Shown here: positions 54,401 to 64,000 of the stretch, piece after piece
How the letters are laid out: each line of letters starts with the position of its first letter
Position numbering within the stretch: position 1 is the stretch's first letter
DNA from: Podarcis muralis
Taxonomy: Eukaryota
Assembly: GCF_964188315.1 (NCBI RefSeq)
Contig: NC_135660.1
Span: forward strand, 35,836,001 to 35,900,000
DNA: 64,000 bases
Direction of reading: 5' to 3'
Program-made: the position numbers and the translations under genes
Notes under the pieces: model-generated
Databases searched by the model: none
The model's input: only the letters and a program-made list of their open reading frames with translations
Told to the model about the DNA's origin: nothing

Positions 54401-57400
54401 CTGGTTCCCTGTAACTTGGCTTCTCGCAGTGAGGGAACTGCCAGAAGGCCCTCGGCACTGGACCTCAGTGTCCGGGCAGAACAATGGGGTGGAGACGCTC
54501 CTTCAGGTATACTGGACCGAGGCCATTTAGGGCTTTAAAGGTCAGCACCAACACTTTGAATTGTGCTCAGACCTGTGCACACATATTATACCTGATGTTG
54601 CCATGCATCAATATTTTTGTTGTTTTGTTAAACTGCTTATTCAATGTTTACACATTGTTAACAAGCATTATATACATACATAATGTTATCCGTATGCACC
54701 TTTCCATAGTTGAAGCCATGCTCAAGGCGGCTTAAAATACATAATTACAAACATAACAAAAGTAGTTAGAAACAATAAATAAGACATCAAAAAGTACACA
54801 ACCAAATTGAATCCATTTCCATATAAATGATAATAACATATAAAATAAAGATACCAAAAATTAATATCAATAACAGCAAGAACCCCCAACCCTGCCAGTA
54901 ACCCAGCCTATGCATTTTTTACACCACATGCAGTTGAATTTTCTCTACCGTTTTCACAAATTCACAGAGCCATCTAAGCAATCTGGAAACAAAATGTTTA
55001 AACCAAATTCCACTTTTTCTGAATTTTGGCAACTAGTCTAGTAAAAACAGGATATAGGCCAGGAAACTGTGTCATGTGAGGCATTCCGCAGATTAATTTT
55101 TTCTTTGGGGATTTCTTTTAGGTTAGTAATGCTAGAGAAACAGATTTTTGATAAAAAAATAAGATGGCTGCTAATGTGACTTCAGGAAAAGGCCTTCTCC
55201 TCCTGTCCTTTGGTTGAACCATTTTGGGCAGGTTGGCAGGATCCACTGAAAATGTCTTTTAAAAGATCCAAAATTTAAGAGAAACACCGTTTTCTTAACT
55301 TCTGCGTGGTGCAGCAGGAGTCACTCCAGTGAATATAGTGTGGTTTTTAGCTTTTGCAACTGTTAGTGACAGTCTGCTTTCTGATTCTGCTTTTACAACT
55401 CCAGAAAGTCCTTTCTATGTGCTAATTGAGACTTCAGGCTCCAATTCTGCCCATGATGAGGAAAAGCTGAGCCACTTCCTGGAACATGTCATGGCCTCTG
55501 GTTTGGTAGTAGAGGGAACTCTGGCTTCAGAAGATAAAAAAATAAAGGTAATTTCCCATTTCTCCCTAACTGTGCTTAGGTTGGGGCTCTGATTTGAATC
55601 TGAACTGCGTACCAATGGATGTGCAACTACTGGTGTATGTGGCATACACCAGTGATCCCAAATTGCTAGGCATTCATCAAATAGTCAACACTGTCTAATT
55701 AATTAATTAATTAATTAATGTTTTAGTTTTACTAAATTTGTGTCCCTCCCTTCTTCTCAAAGGAGCCCAGGGAAGCAAACATTGAGAGACAAAATAATAC
55801 AAACATATTTAAAATAATTCCAAGGCAGGCTGGGAAAGATTTCAGCTTAAAAAACTTGAAAGAGGAAGGTATTCAGTAGGCACCGAAAAGGCAGTAGAAC
55901 CAGCACTGCCTAATATTAAAGGAGGGGATTCCAAAGAGTAGCTGCCGCAAGACGGAATACCATGTTCTTATATTGTTCAGAATAGACTTCCTGATAAGAT
56001 GGTACCTGCAGGAGTGCAGTGATCAGTTGGGTATATAAGAGGTGAAATGATCATTCAGGTCTCCAGGTCCCAAGCTCTCTATGACTTGATACACCAAAAC
56101 CAGCACCTTGAACTTAACCTGGTAGCTAATTGGCAGTCTAATCTCCATGCAAAACAAATCAGGACAAATGCTGAAACATGTCCTTTGAGACTTGTGTGTG
56201 GCTGGTCCAACTGCAAAAGGAAGACTTAAGCTACTGTGGAATTGCTCATTGGAATGACAAAATAATGTCAGCCCAGCACTAAATAAGCTTTTGGTGATTT
56301 GTTGAAGCTAGCCTAAACTCATTATTCTCTGAAGATTAATTGGTTCTTTTAACATAAACACCTAAGTATCCGAGATGACTTAGCCAACAGTGTTTAGATA
56401 GCAGGTCACTTTTGTAAAGCCATCTATGTGGAATGAAAACGAAAGCTTTTCGTTTTCCATCCAAGTCACTGCTTGGGTCCATTGCAGGCGCTGTGGGCTT
56501 TGCGGGAACGGATCACAGAGGCCTTGACTTACGATGGATCCGTTTACAAATACGACATTTCGCTGCCTGTGGAGAAACTCTATGATCTGGTGATGGACAT
56601 GCGGACACGGCTGGGCGGCAGTGCCAAGAATGTGGTGGGCTATGGCCACCTAGGTAAGCTGGAATGTGTTTGGAAACAAATGGCCTTTACTAATTTGGAT
56701 TTAGGGTTCTTTTTTAAAAAAAATATTATTGAAGTTTTCTTGGTTTACGAAGGTATGCGCAATGGCTCTTTTTTTCAAGTTACATTTTTCCATAGACCAG
56801 TTTCATTTGTTGAGAGGACTTAGGGTTCTTATAGCAAAGTGCTGTATAAGGAAGTCCTTGGTTCAGCTCTCACCTGCTCTAGGGGGTTGTACTAGAGGGG
56901 TCCCTTCCAACTGTACAGTTCTAGGATTCTATGAGCTGCTGGATGGTTTTCGGCCAGCTTCTGTCTCTGAGCCTCAGCCAAAAGGAAAAGCCTCTCTTCC
57001 TAATAGAGGGGAGGAGTTGTGAGCGGGAGCCGGTTCCTGCATCGGCGGGGGGGGGGCATATTTGGCCCCCTGCGTCAGCTTACCTGGCTGCCGTGCCGCG
57101 CCCATAGGCCAGCCAATAGGGCTGGCTTGTGGGTGGGGTTTAGCCACATTCAAGCGGCCGCGGCGGCTCCATCTTCTCATTCTGCGCCCCTTCGTCGTCG
57201 GATCACCCTCCCTTTAGGTCATATTTATGTGTCTGACCTTGCTATGGACTCAGGTTGGTTGCCCTGGTTGCCTAGGGGGGGCTGGTAGGAATTTTTATCC
57301 ATTTGGCAAATTGGAACCAGCCTCTTGGTTTTTCGCCTACCTCATAGCAAACCGCCACAACTTTTTGGGTATTGGCAGTTAGGCATATGTGTCATGTGTT

Positions 57401-58702
57401 TCAGAGCCGGTGTGGCCATCACCTACCCCTCCCCTTGTTGGGTAGTCCGTTAAAGGAATCCGGTGGTCGTGGATCCTGTCCGATGCCCTGCTGGTGGCTA
57501 GGGCCATGGCACGACCCCCAGTGACATCAGGGGAAGCTTCAGTTGTATTTGCATCAACAAGCTCCTCCCGCTGGTTGTTAACCTTCGGATGAATGTCCGC
57601 TGAGCGGGGTGGAGTCATGTATAGACTGTTTGATCCAATGCCTAAAGCCGATACCACTCACATGCTGTAACCAATAAGGTTGTGGCCTTCTTTAGCCCAT
57701 TAACCTTAAATTCATGTGTCCCTGTGTCTTATTTATCTCTAAGCGGGTGGCAGGTCCTCAACTCATAAAGAGTGATGAAATAACTTCACCAAAAGAAAAT
57801 GAAATGATCTGCTTGCCGTCTGAAAGGAGGTTGCTGATGATAAAGGGGAGAGGATTTTTTTTTTAACCATGGTACCTGACTTACAGAATGGCCTCCCCAG
57901 GGTAGTTCAGTTGGTGCCAACTGTGATGTCATTATGACAACTGGGAAATACATTTTTATTCCCCATTCCAGTGCCTAGTGTGAGCTAGTCTTTATCTGCT
58001 CTGTCAATAACAGAACAAATCTGTTATGATTTGTTCTGCATCTTGCTTTCAGCTGTGGTTTTTACCTCTTTTTTGTTTTATTCTTTTTTCTTGCACTGGT
58101 AGCTTACTGAAGCGTGGCCTCTAGAAATCCCTTGGACCATGAATACCCAATGTGTTGCCCCCCAGACACTGTTAGATGACAACTCCCACCAGCCCTAGCC
58201 AATGTGGTCAGTGGGATAATGGGAATTGTATTCCAGCAACATCTAGAGGGCGCCACATTGTCTACCTTGCTTGTAGACAAATAATATTAATGAATAATCT
58301 TCATTATATTTTAAAATGACCCTCTTTTCTAGAATGAAGAGAGGAATTAGGGGGAGTCACTGCACTGCATGCCCAGTAACTGAATGTGTTTTCTGCTTTC
58401 TCTTTTGAAACCCACCCATTTGGGACTTTGCTTTGGCAGGAGATGGAAACTTGCACCTGAACATCACTGCAGATTCCTACAGCCATTCCCTGCTGGAGGC
58501 TATTGAGCCATTTGTGTATGAGTGGACTTCCCAGTACCGTGGGAGTATCAGCGCAGAGCACGGTCTGGGCTTCAAGAAGAAGCATTATATCCACTACAGT
58601 AAGCCCCGGGAGGCAGTCCTCCTCATGCAGCAGTTCAAGGCCATGTTGGACCCCAAAGGGATTCTAAACCCTTACAAGACATTACCGGTGAAGGGTGCAT
58701 GA
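45027..58702 (+). CDS. D2HGDH: D-2-hydroxyglutarate dehydrogenase, mitochondrial; join(45027-45432,45859-45916,47808-47947,48560-48753,49855-50023,51650-51793,55405-55547,56488-56653,58440-58702); 1683 nt, 560 aa
   Basis: FAD-binding [62 protein letters not shown] and [10 protein letters not shown] motifs; GT-AG introns in frame. Confidence 0.98.
45859..45916 (+). CDS. D2HGDH: D2HGDH exon 3
   Basis: [19 protein letters not shown]. Confidence 0.96.
46025..46278. mobile_element. Tc1/mariner (Tigger-like) MITE
   Basis: TA-CAGTGGTACCTC ... GAGGTATAACTG-TA. Confidence 0.88.
46443..46702. mobile_element. Tc1/mariner (Tigger-like) MITE, same family as 46025-46278
   Basis: TA-CAGTGGTACCTC ... GAGGTATGACTG-TA; CpG-rich. 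Confidence 0.9.
46759..46894. mobile_element. Hairpin hAT-type MITE
   Basis: TIR CAGTGATGGCCAAACTTGGC; TSD ATACAGAG/ATATAGAG; decayed relatives near 18455, 24860, 25205, 45500, 48020, 58150, 59310. Confidence 0.9.
47808..47947 (+). CDS. D2HGDH: D2HGDH exon 4
   Basis: [47 protein letters not shown]. Confidence 0.97.
48560..48753 (+). CDS. D2HGDH: D2HGDH exon 5
   Basis: [14 protein letters not shown]...[38 protein letters not shown]. Confidence 0.97.
49291..49612 (+). mobile_element. L2 LINE 3' end with (TTTG)n tail
   Basis: Encodes decayed [26 protein letters not shown]; homologous to the minus-strand copy at 51998-54571. Confidence 0.85.
49855..50023 (+). CDS. D2HGDH: D2HGDH exon 6
   Basis: [56 protein letters not shown]. 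Confidence 0.97.
50083..50780 (+). mobile_element. Full-length Sauria SINE interrupted by a MITE
   Basis: Head at 50083, tail at about 50780; 12-bp TSD CTAGTGG(T/C)ATTT. Confidence 0.92.
50240..50586. mobile_element. Tigger-like MITE (GCAAGACG family) nested in a SINE
   Basis: 22-bp TIR with 1 mismatch; TA duplicated at the SINE site AGTAGA-TA-AATAGG. Confidence 0.93.
51299..51388. repeat. Short squamate hairpin repeat
   Basis: AATCCTAACC...GGTTAGGATT inverted ends; relatives near 14095, 14705, 32960-33130. Confidence 0.6.
51650..51793 (+). CDS. D2HGDH: D2HGDH exon 7
   Basis: [48 protein letters not shown]. Confidence 0.97.
53188..53794. repeat. Array of consecutive GC-rich palindromes (period about 169 bp in part)
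   Basis: Symmetry centres near 53213, 53310, 53381, 53473, 53553, 53642, 53722, 53758. Confidence 0.9.
53777..54020. repeat. GC-rich tandem repeat, unit 108-109 bp x about 2.2
   Basis: GGGACAGCGG recurs at 53777, 53885, 53994 with conserved intervening sequence. Confidence 0.88.
55405..55547 (+). CDS. D2HGDH: D2HGDH exon 8
   Basis: [48 protein letters not shown]. Confidence 0.97.
55695..56200 (-). mobile_element. Old L2 LINE 3' fragment
   Basis: CAAAACCAGCACCTTGAACTTAACCTGGTAGCTAATTGGCAG resembles the L2 LP..FKVLV region on the minus strand; (TAAT)n tail. Confidence 0.6.
56488..56653 (+). CDS. D2HGDH: D2HGDH exon 9
   Basis: [55 protein letters not shown]. Confidence 0.97.
57013..57766 (+). 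mobile_element. LTR-like repeat of uncertain class in D2HGDH intron 9
   Basis: Abrupt CpG-richer block; CCAAT near 57113; AATAAG at 57673; weak inverted ends GAGTTG/CAACTC; no TSD found. Confidence 0.45.
58440..58702 (+). CDS. D2HGDH: D2HGDH exon 10 (to stop)
   Basis: [12 protein letters not shown]...[10 protein letters not shown]...[17 protein letters not shown]. Confidence 0.97.
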
Positions 58703-59188
58703 TGGTGACTATGAAGAACAGGATCAGGAGACCTTTGCGTGGAGGTGGTCTAGCACGGGAGCTGTAAGCAAATTGTGAAACTGCAACGTGAAATGGAGGT
58801 TTGCTCCCTACCCACCCCCAACAAAAGAAATAGTAAAGGAGTTGAATTGTCCTCGCAGTATTATCTATCTACCAAGCTCTGAATTATCCGAGAAGCAGAG
58901 AAGACAACATTTGTTTTCTAAGGCTCTTTCCTTCAAAGCTTCCGGTTGCTCCCCATTTTTAGGGCTTTGTTCTTATCTGAATACAACGTGTAGGAGTGGA
59001 ACTCGGGATAAGAGAACAATTTTCAGGAGGAAATTCGTGGGATAGCTTCTCTTGCCTTCTTGTTGCAGCTGCATACATTCAAAACACAAATCGACAGCTG
59101 CAGGATTTGCAAGGACACTGAAGAAGATAAGAGGGTATTCTGTGCTTTGAACCAAGTGTGGGAAACATTTTACATTTCTTCATGGAAA

Positions 59189-59194
59189 AATAAA
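59189..59194 (+). terminator. Candidate D2HGDH polyadenylation signal
   Basis: First AATAAA after the stop codon (about 490 nt downstream). Confidence 0.4.
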
Positions 59195-59696
59195 ACCTGT
59201 AATGAAAATATTACCTCAATTTCTCTACATTTCAAAGCAGTCCTTCTTTATTGGTTCCCCGTTCTTACTCTACAAAAACTTAATTCGGAGATTGGAAACC
59301 TGTGGCCCTTGCATCACCCATTATTACTGACCCTTGGCCATGTTTGCCTGGGGTTGATGGGAGTTGGGAATCCAAAACATGCAGAGGGAGCACTGGGTTG
59401 GAAAAGGCTCCTCAAGTTGTCTTCCTCAACCTGGTGCCTTTCAGAGGTTTCAGACTGCAACTCTCATCAACGCCACCTAACAGCTGGTCACTGTTCTGTG
59501 ACTGCTGAACATGTGTCCTGTCTTCATTGGGCTGTTTGGGTTTCCACCACCCCCTTTCCCCCTTTAAGAATATCTACTTCACCGAATGTTGGTGTTGCCT
59601 GAAGCCTGCTGCTACCTCCCATTTGTGTGTGGATGGTACGTTATAATTTAGCTGCACAATGAGCCATACTTAGATGGTGAACATGCTATCCGTGTA

Positions 59697-59928
59697 CACT
59701 GGTACCTCTAGTTACAAACTTCATTCGTTCCGGAGGTCCGTTCTTAACCCAAAGCCGTTCTTAACATGAGGCGTGCTTTCGCTAATGGGGGCCTCCTGCT
59801 GCCACCGCGTGACTTCCACTTGCATCCCAGGGCAAAGTTTGCAACCAGGAGCATCTGCTTCCAGGTAAGCGGAGCTCGTTACCCAAAGCATTCGTAAGGA
59901 GGACGGTACGTAACAGGAGGTTACGCTG
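59697..59928. mobile_element. Decayed Tigger-like MITE
   Basis: TA-CACTGGTACCTC ... GAGGTTACGCTG-TA; shares CCGTTCTTAAC and GCTAATGGGG with 36063-36292. Confidence 0.8.
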
Positions 59929-59993
59929 TATTGGATACTTGGTGGAATGTAAGAACCTTTGTTAGACAGTGGGGTTTATTGGGTGGATTTATT

Positions 59994-60197
59994 GGGCTAT
60001 AGTTCAGTGGTTAGAGCACACTCTTGGCATGCAGAAGGACTTGGGTTCAATCACCTGCATCTCCAGTTAAAAAGGTCAGACGGCAATTGATGGTAAAGGC
60101 CCTGAGGCCAAGCAGAGCCACTGCCTGCCAGAGTTGACAGTTCTGAGCTAGATGGACTAGTAGTCCCGACTTGGCATAAGGCAGCTCCTTGTGTTCT
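59994..60197 (+). mobile_element. tRNA-Ala-derived squamate SINE (Squam2-like)
   Basis: Head GGGCTATAGTTCAGTGGTTAGAGCA..TGCATGCAGAAGG..GGTTCAATC; tail CTGAGCTAGATGGAC..ATAAGGCAGC. Confidence 0.75.
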
Positions 60198-60793
60198 AAC
60201 GCTCTCATGCAATCACTTGATTGACACCCAGTGCCCTTTTAAATATGGGGATTGGTGGTTTGTTTTTGTTCTTGTTTATTACGTATTTTGTATTTTTAAT
60301 ATTGCAATTTTATGTTGTGAACCGGCTGGGATCTACTGGTGTAGGGCGGCATACAAATTTTATAAATAATAATAATGACCTCAGCATGGCCATAGCTCAG
60401 AGGACGAATAACCCCCTACATTGACTTGCAGTTCCATCAGCCTGTGGCAAAGCTGTTGTGCTCATGCCATTGGCCCGGCTCCCCATTCAAGCCTCAGGTT
60501 GGCTTTTGGCATATCTCCACAATCTGGTTGGGATGGAATAATGATAATAATAAAGGTTTGCATGTTCAGAACTGTAGGAGTTACCATTTGGTCATCATAC
60601 TATGGTTAACTAGTGCCTCTGGCACTCATAGTTACAAATGAATTCTGTTAACTGTAGAAACTATTGTACTTTCCCAGGTGTGAAGTGTAGTCCTTTTACT
60701 CACAAGAATCTTCTTGTTTCATTCACAGAACATCCATCAAAGGTGGGTGGTAAATAAACAAATAAAAACCAAGTGACCTTTTAATGTGTAAAG

Positions 60794-61119
60794 CAGGGGT
60801 CAGCAAACTTTTTCAGCAGGGGGCCAGTCCACTGTCCCTCAGACCTTGTGGGGGGCCGGACTATGTTTTTTTTTGGGGGGGGGGAGAAATGAACTTCTAT
60901 GCCCCACAAATAACTCTGAGCTGCATTTTAAATAAAAGCACTCATTCTACTCATGTAAAAACACCAGACAGGGACCACAAATAACCCAGAGATGCATTTT
61001 AAATAAAAGGACACATTCTACTCATGTAAAAACACACCGATTCCTGGACCATCCATGGGCCGGATTTAGAAGGTGATTGGGCCGGATCCAACCCCTGGGC
61101 CTTAGTTTGCCTACCCATG
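60794..61119. mobile_element. hAT (Charlie/Buster-type) MITE
   Basis: CAGGGGTCAGCAAAC ... GTTTGCCTACCCATG ends; perfect TSD GTGTAAAG; inverse of 12034-12337. Confidence 0.9.
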
Positions 61120-61658
61120 GTGTAAAGAGAGGAGGATTAATGTGTAACGCTCAGAGCAGCAAGTCCTGATTTCTGCCGCCTGGGGGTGCTGTGACAGCTG
61201 CCACCCTCAGGAGAAAGCCACACTGGGCTTTCAAATCAACTCATGGTAGGCTTGTGTGAAATTCCATCTTTTGAGGAAATGATTTGGAACTAATGTTGCT
61301 GATGAGAGTGGCTAGTGAGAATGAAAGTACGTTGTGCAGTATGTTGTATTACAGTATATTCTTTGTGCCACTGTTTGCAGTCCCTTTTAGACCAAGAATA
61401 ACTACGTAACCGCATATGAAATGCATCATTACTGATGACTGCACAGGGAAAGAAAATTCCAAAGCTATGGGAGACCATATCATATCAGCAACACAGAAAG
61501 CTGGCATCGTCCAGAACTTTCCCATATGTACCTGGAGAGGCCAGAGATTGATGTGCCATTGCTGGTGCACACTCACCCATTTGTAGCACAAATAATGTAG
61601 CTTTCTCGATGCAGAATTGTTCGTGCTCATTCTCGACATGCTGCTTTAAATCTAGGTT

Positions 61659-61754
61659 CATAGAATCATAGAATCATAGAGTTGGAAGAGACCACAAGGG
61701 CCATCGAGTCCAACCCCCTGCCAAGCAGGAAACACCATCAGAGCACTCCTGACA
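61659..61754 (-). mobile_element. Short 5'-truncated CR1 LINE 3' end
   Basis: (CATAGAAT)n tail and GAGTCCAACCCCCTG motif; TAGGTT direct repeats. Confidence 0.8.
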
Positions 61755-61826
61755 TAGGTTGCTTCTAGATTCTACTGTCCCCAAGGGTGGGTGTAGATAC
61801 TTGAAAAACACATAGCTTATTCATGC

Positions 61827-62610
61827 TGTCAGGGCTGCCTCAGGTCCCAGCTCACAAGAGACCAACACCAAGTCCAGTTTATATACAAAGATGTTTATTG
61901 AAGTGCATTGTACGTTCCACAGCCGAGGCGCGCAGCCCCACGTCTGTTACGCTTAGACCGCTGAAGTCCCCTCTGACTCAGTCCCGCCTCTGCACCACTT
62001 TAAGAGGCTTGTGCTGCTCCACCTCTTCCTTTCTTTCCTTTTCCGCAGGGTCTTCCTGCCCCCTGGGGTTTCGCCCCTCCTGGATTCCCCTGACGTGGAA
62101 TCCCCAGACAGCTCTTCCCCCCTCCTGCGTGCTTTGGGACCTGGCTCCTCCTCCGGGCTCCCTGTACTTCTGCGCGCCTCCACATTTGAACTTGGCGCGC
62201 GTTCACAACCTCTAACCTTCCTCTTGACAGTTACACTACTCCCTGCACTACTCTCCTCCCCTTCCGGGAGGATGTCTTGCTCCGATCTCCCCTCCCTCTC
62301 TGCTTTGGGACCTGCTTCCCCTGTCACTCTGGAATCTCCACCCCCTTCACTGCGCTCTGGCGGAGAAGCCGGTCCCGACTCCCAGCTCCCACTCTGGGTT
62401 CCCCCGCTGGTCCCCTGCTCCTGACGAGTCCACCCTGTGACTCCCCTTGGCCTGACCACAGGCGCCCCCTTCTGGGAATCCTCCGACTCACTTGAAAGAC
62501 TCATGGAATCCCTCAAGTCATTGTCATCCTCTTCCTCGCTGCCCTGGGATTCTTCCCCCTCGCTCTCCGCCTCCTCCCTCACCTGTGCCTCTGTCCCTGA
62601 ACCCCTGACA
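61827..62610 (-). mobile_element. Solo LTR, 784 bp
   Basis: TGTCAGGG...CCCTGACA inverted termini; perfect 5-bp TSD CATGC; minus-strand AATAAA at 61894-61899. Confidence 0.88.
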
Positions 62611-62679
62611 CATGCCCTTTCCTCCCTGCACAAACCCCAGTAGAAGAAAGAAGGAAGTCACAACTGTGATCTCTGTATA

Positions 62680-62935
62680 AAAGGTAAAGGTACCCCTGCC
62701 CGTACGGGCCAGTCTTGACAGACTCTAGGGTTGTGCGCCCATCTCACTTAAAGGCCGGGGGCCAGCGCTGTCCGGAGACACTTCCGGGTCACGTGGCCAG
62801 CGTTGAACTGCTAGGTTGGCAGGTGCTGGGACCGAGCAACGGGAGCGCACCCCGCCGCAGGGATTCGAACCACCGACCTTTCGATCGGCAAGCCCTAGGC
62901 GCTGAGGCTTTTACCCACAGCGCCACCTGCGTCCC
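62680..62935 (-). mobile_element. Sauria SINE (second subfamily) with internal deletion
   Basis: Intact head and tail; about 95 bp shorter than the other full copies; perfect 15-bp TSD TGTGATCTCTGTATA. Confidence 0.92.
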
Positions 62936-63839
62936 TGTGATCTCTGTATACACCTACTCATAATGTCATTGGGAAGATGTGGATGCATCTCCCATTGCCA
63001 GGACCATCTACATTTGTTGTCAAATGGACGACGCACTGCTGAGCAATGCAGAATCCATCTGCAATGAGCTTTAATTTTGGGAATTGAGTCTAGAATAAAA
63101 ACACCATGTGTGCACAGCCACTGACCATCTGCATGTAGGGCAAGTTTTCTGCCACTGAGTTATCTAGAGCTCATCGGCTCAAATCCTCAGGCAGAGCTGT
63201 GAACCAGCACTGGGGCATACAATGCATGATGTCAATCACAGGAGTTGTGCTTGAATGTAGGGTTTTCTTCCAGAAATACCCAGTACAGGGACTCCAATGT
63301 GGATTGAGAACCTGGCATGGAGGCTAAAGGTTTTTAACCTTTCCACCCAATCGCATCCCACTCTCCAGAAACAAAATTCCCTTCCCCACCCAGAGTCATA
63401 GAACAAAGAAGCTATGTTTTCCATCCCAGTAAATCTGAAGTGCCTGCTACAAAATGGGACACTGTGTCCAGCTTGACATCCCATCCATCAAAAGTATCAG
63501 GAGCCAAACTAAACTTTGCGAGAACTGCTTCTCCCCTGAGGTCATGAGGCTTTTATGACAAGGTGGCTTGGGGTGGGTGGGCCTTCTTACAAGCGAACAA
63601 AAAACTTTTGCAACTCTATCCCCTCATGCAAACTTACCTCCATTTGTCTTCCATCTCTGTGTTTACTTTGCTTGTGTAAACAGGAGCATCCCATCCTGTG
63701 CCACTCATATTTCTGTATCATATCTGCACACCCCTTGCTTTGCCTGCCTAGATTGTTGAAAGGCTCCACAGAGAAGCAGTGGCATGTCCAGCTGGCTAAC
63801 AAGAAACTCACGTGTCACTGTGATAGGACCAGCAGCACA

Positions 63840-63856
63840 ATGAAAGGCACTTGCAG
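63840..63856 (+). CDS. Candidate short first coding exon of the next gene (possibly GAL3ST2-like)
   Basis: ATG with A at -3, MKGTC then AG|GTAAGG (phase 2); upstream pyrimidine-rich acceptor at 63751; rests on synteny, not on recognisable sequence similarity. Confidence 0.3.
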
Positions 63857-63877
63857 GTAAGGAATAAGGAGTAAAAA

Positions 63878-64000
63878 ATCGTAGAGTTGGAAGGGATCTT
63901 GAGGATCATCTAGTCCAGCGCCCTGAAAATGCAGGAGTACGCAGCTGTCTCTTACAGGGATCAAACCTGCAACCTTGGCATTATGAGCACCACACTCTAA
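63878..64000 (-). mobile_element. tRNA-Ile-headed, CR1-tailed SINE (runs off window)
   Basis: Minus strand TTAGAGTGTGGTGCTCATAATGCCAAGGTTGCAGGTTTGATCCC joined to CR1 3' end GGACTAGATGATCCTCAAGATCCCTTCCAACTCTAC. Confidence 0.75.

Larger units (their letters stand above)
51998..54571 (-). mobile_element. 5'-truncated L2 LINE split by a hAT insertion
   Basis: Rejoined minus strand reads [26 protein letters not shown]...[42 protein letters not shown]; (TTCTA)n tail. Confidence 0.9.

Noticed and set aside
59060-59602. 180-aa plus-strand ORF after D2HGDH
   Set aside because: TTG start, lies in 3' UTR/flank, reads through a decayed MITE, and has no recognisable homology
59994-60065. tRNA-Ala-like sequence (also tRNA-like heads at 27272, 50083 and 63945-64000)
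   Set aside because: Stems are mismatched and each continues into a SINE body, so these are SINE heads, not tRNA genes

Overview
Vertebrate genomic DNA, most likely from a lacertid lizard (inferred from Sauria-type SINEs and other squamate repeats). It holds the conserved housekeeping cluster THAP4(-, coding exon 1 only) <> ATG4B(+, 13 exons, 393 aa) >< DTYMK(-, 5 exons, 212 aa) <> ING5(+, 8 exons, 240 aa) > D2HGDH(+, 9 coding exons, 560 aa), in the same order as human 2q37.3. A weak candidate first coding exon of the expected next gene, GAL3ST2, lies at the right edge. For the four complete genes every coding exon was placed by hand with GT-AG borders, and the exons join in frame. I found no prokaryotic features, CRISPR arrays, true tRNA/rRNA genes or intact transposase/RT ORFs, and no clearly new protein-coding system. 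Four things are most worth a second look. (1) A young 2,157-bp composite hAT element (perfect 15-bp TIRs, perfect 8-bp TSD) in D2HGDH intron 7, nested in an L2 LINE; it carries CpG-island/promoter-like cargo, a one-ended Tc1/mariner fragment and a run of about 8 back-to-back palindromes. (2) A thrice-repeated 20-bp TCCGTACA+YY1 composite motif in the THAP4/ATG4B bidirectional promoter. (3) A solo LTR with a 5-bp TSD whose minus strand is one open acidic Ser/Glu-rich frame. (4) Absence in ATG4B of the two cysteines reported as the human redox switch. Coordinates were counted by eye. Repeat family names and human comparisons come from recalled knowledge, not database searches.
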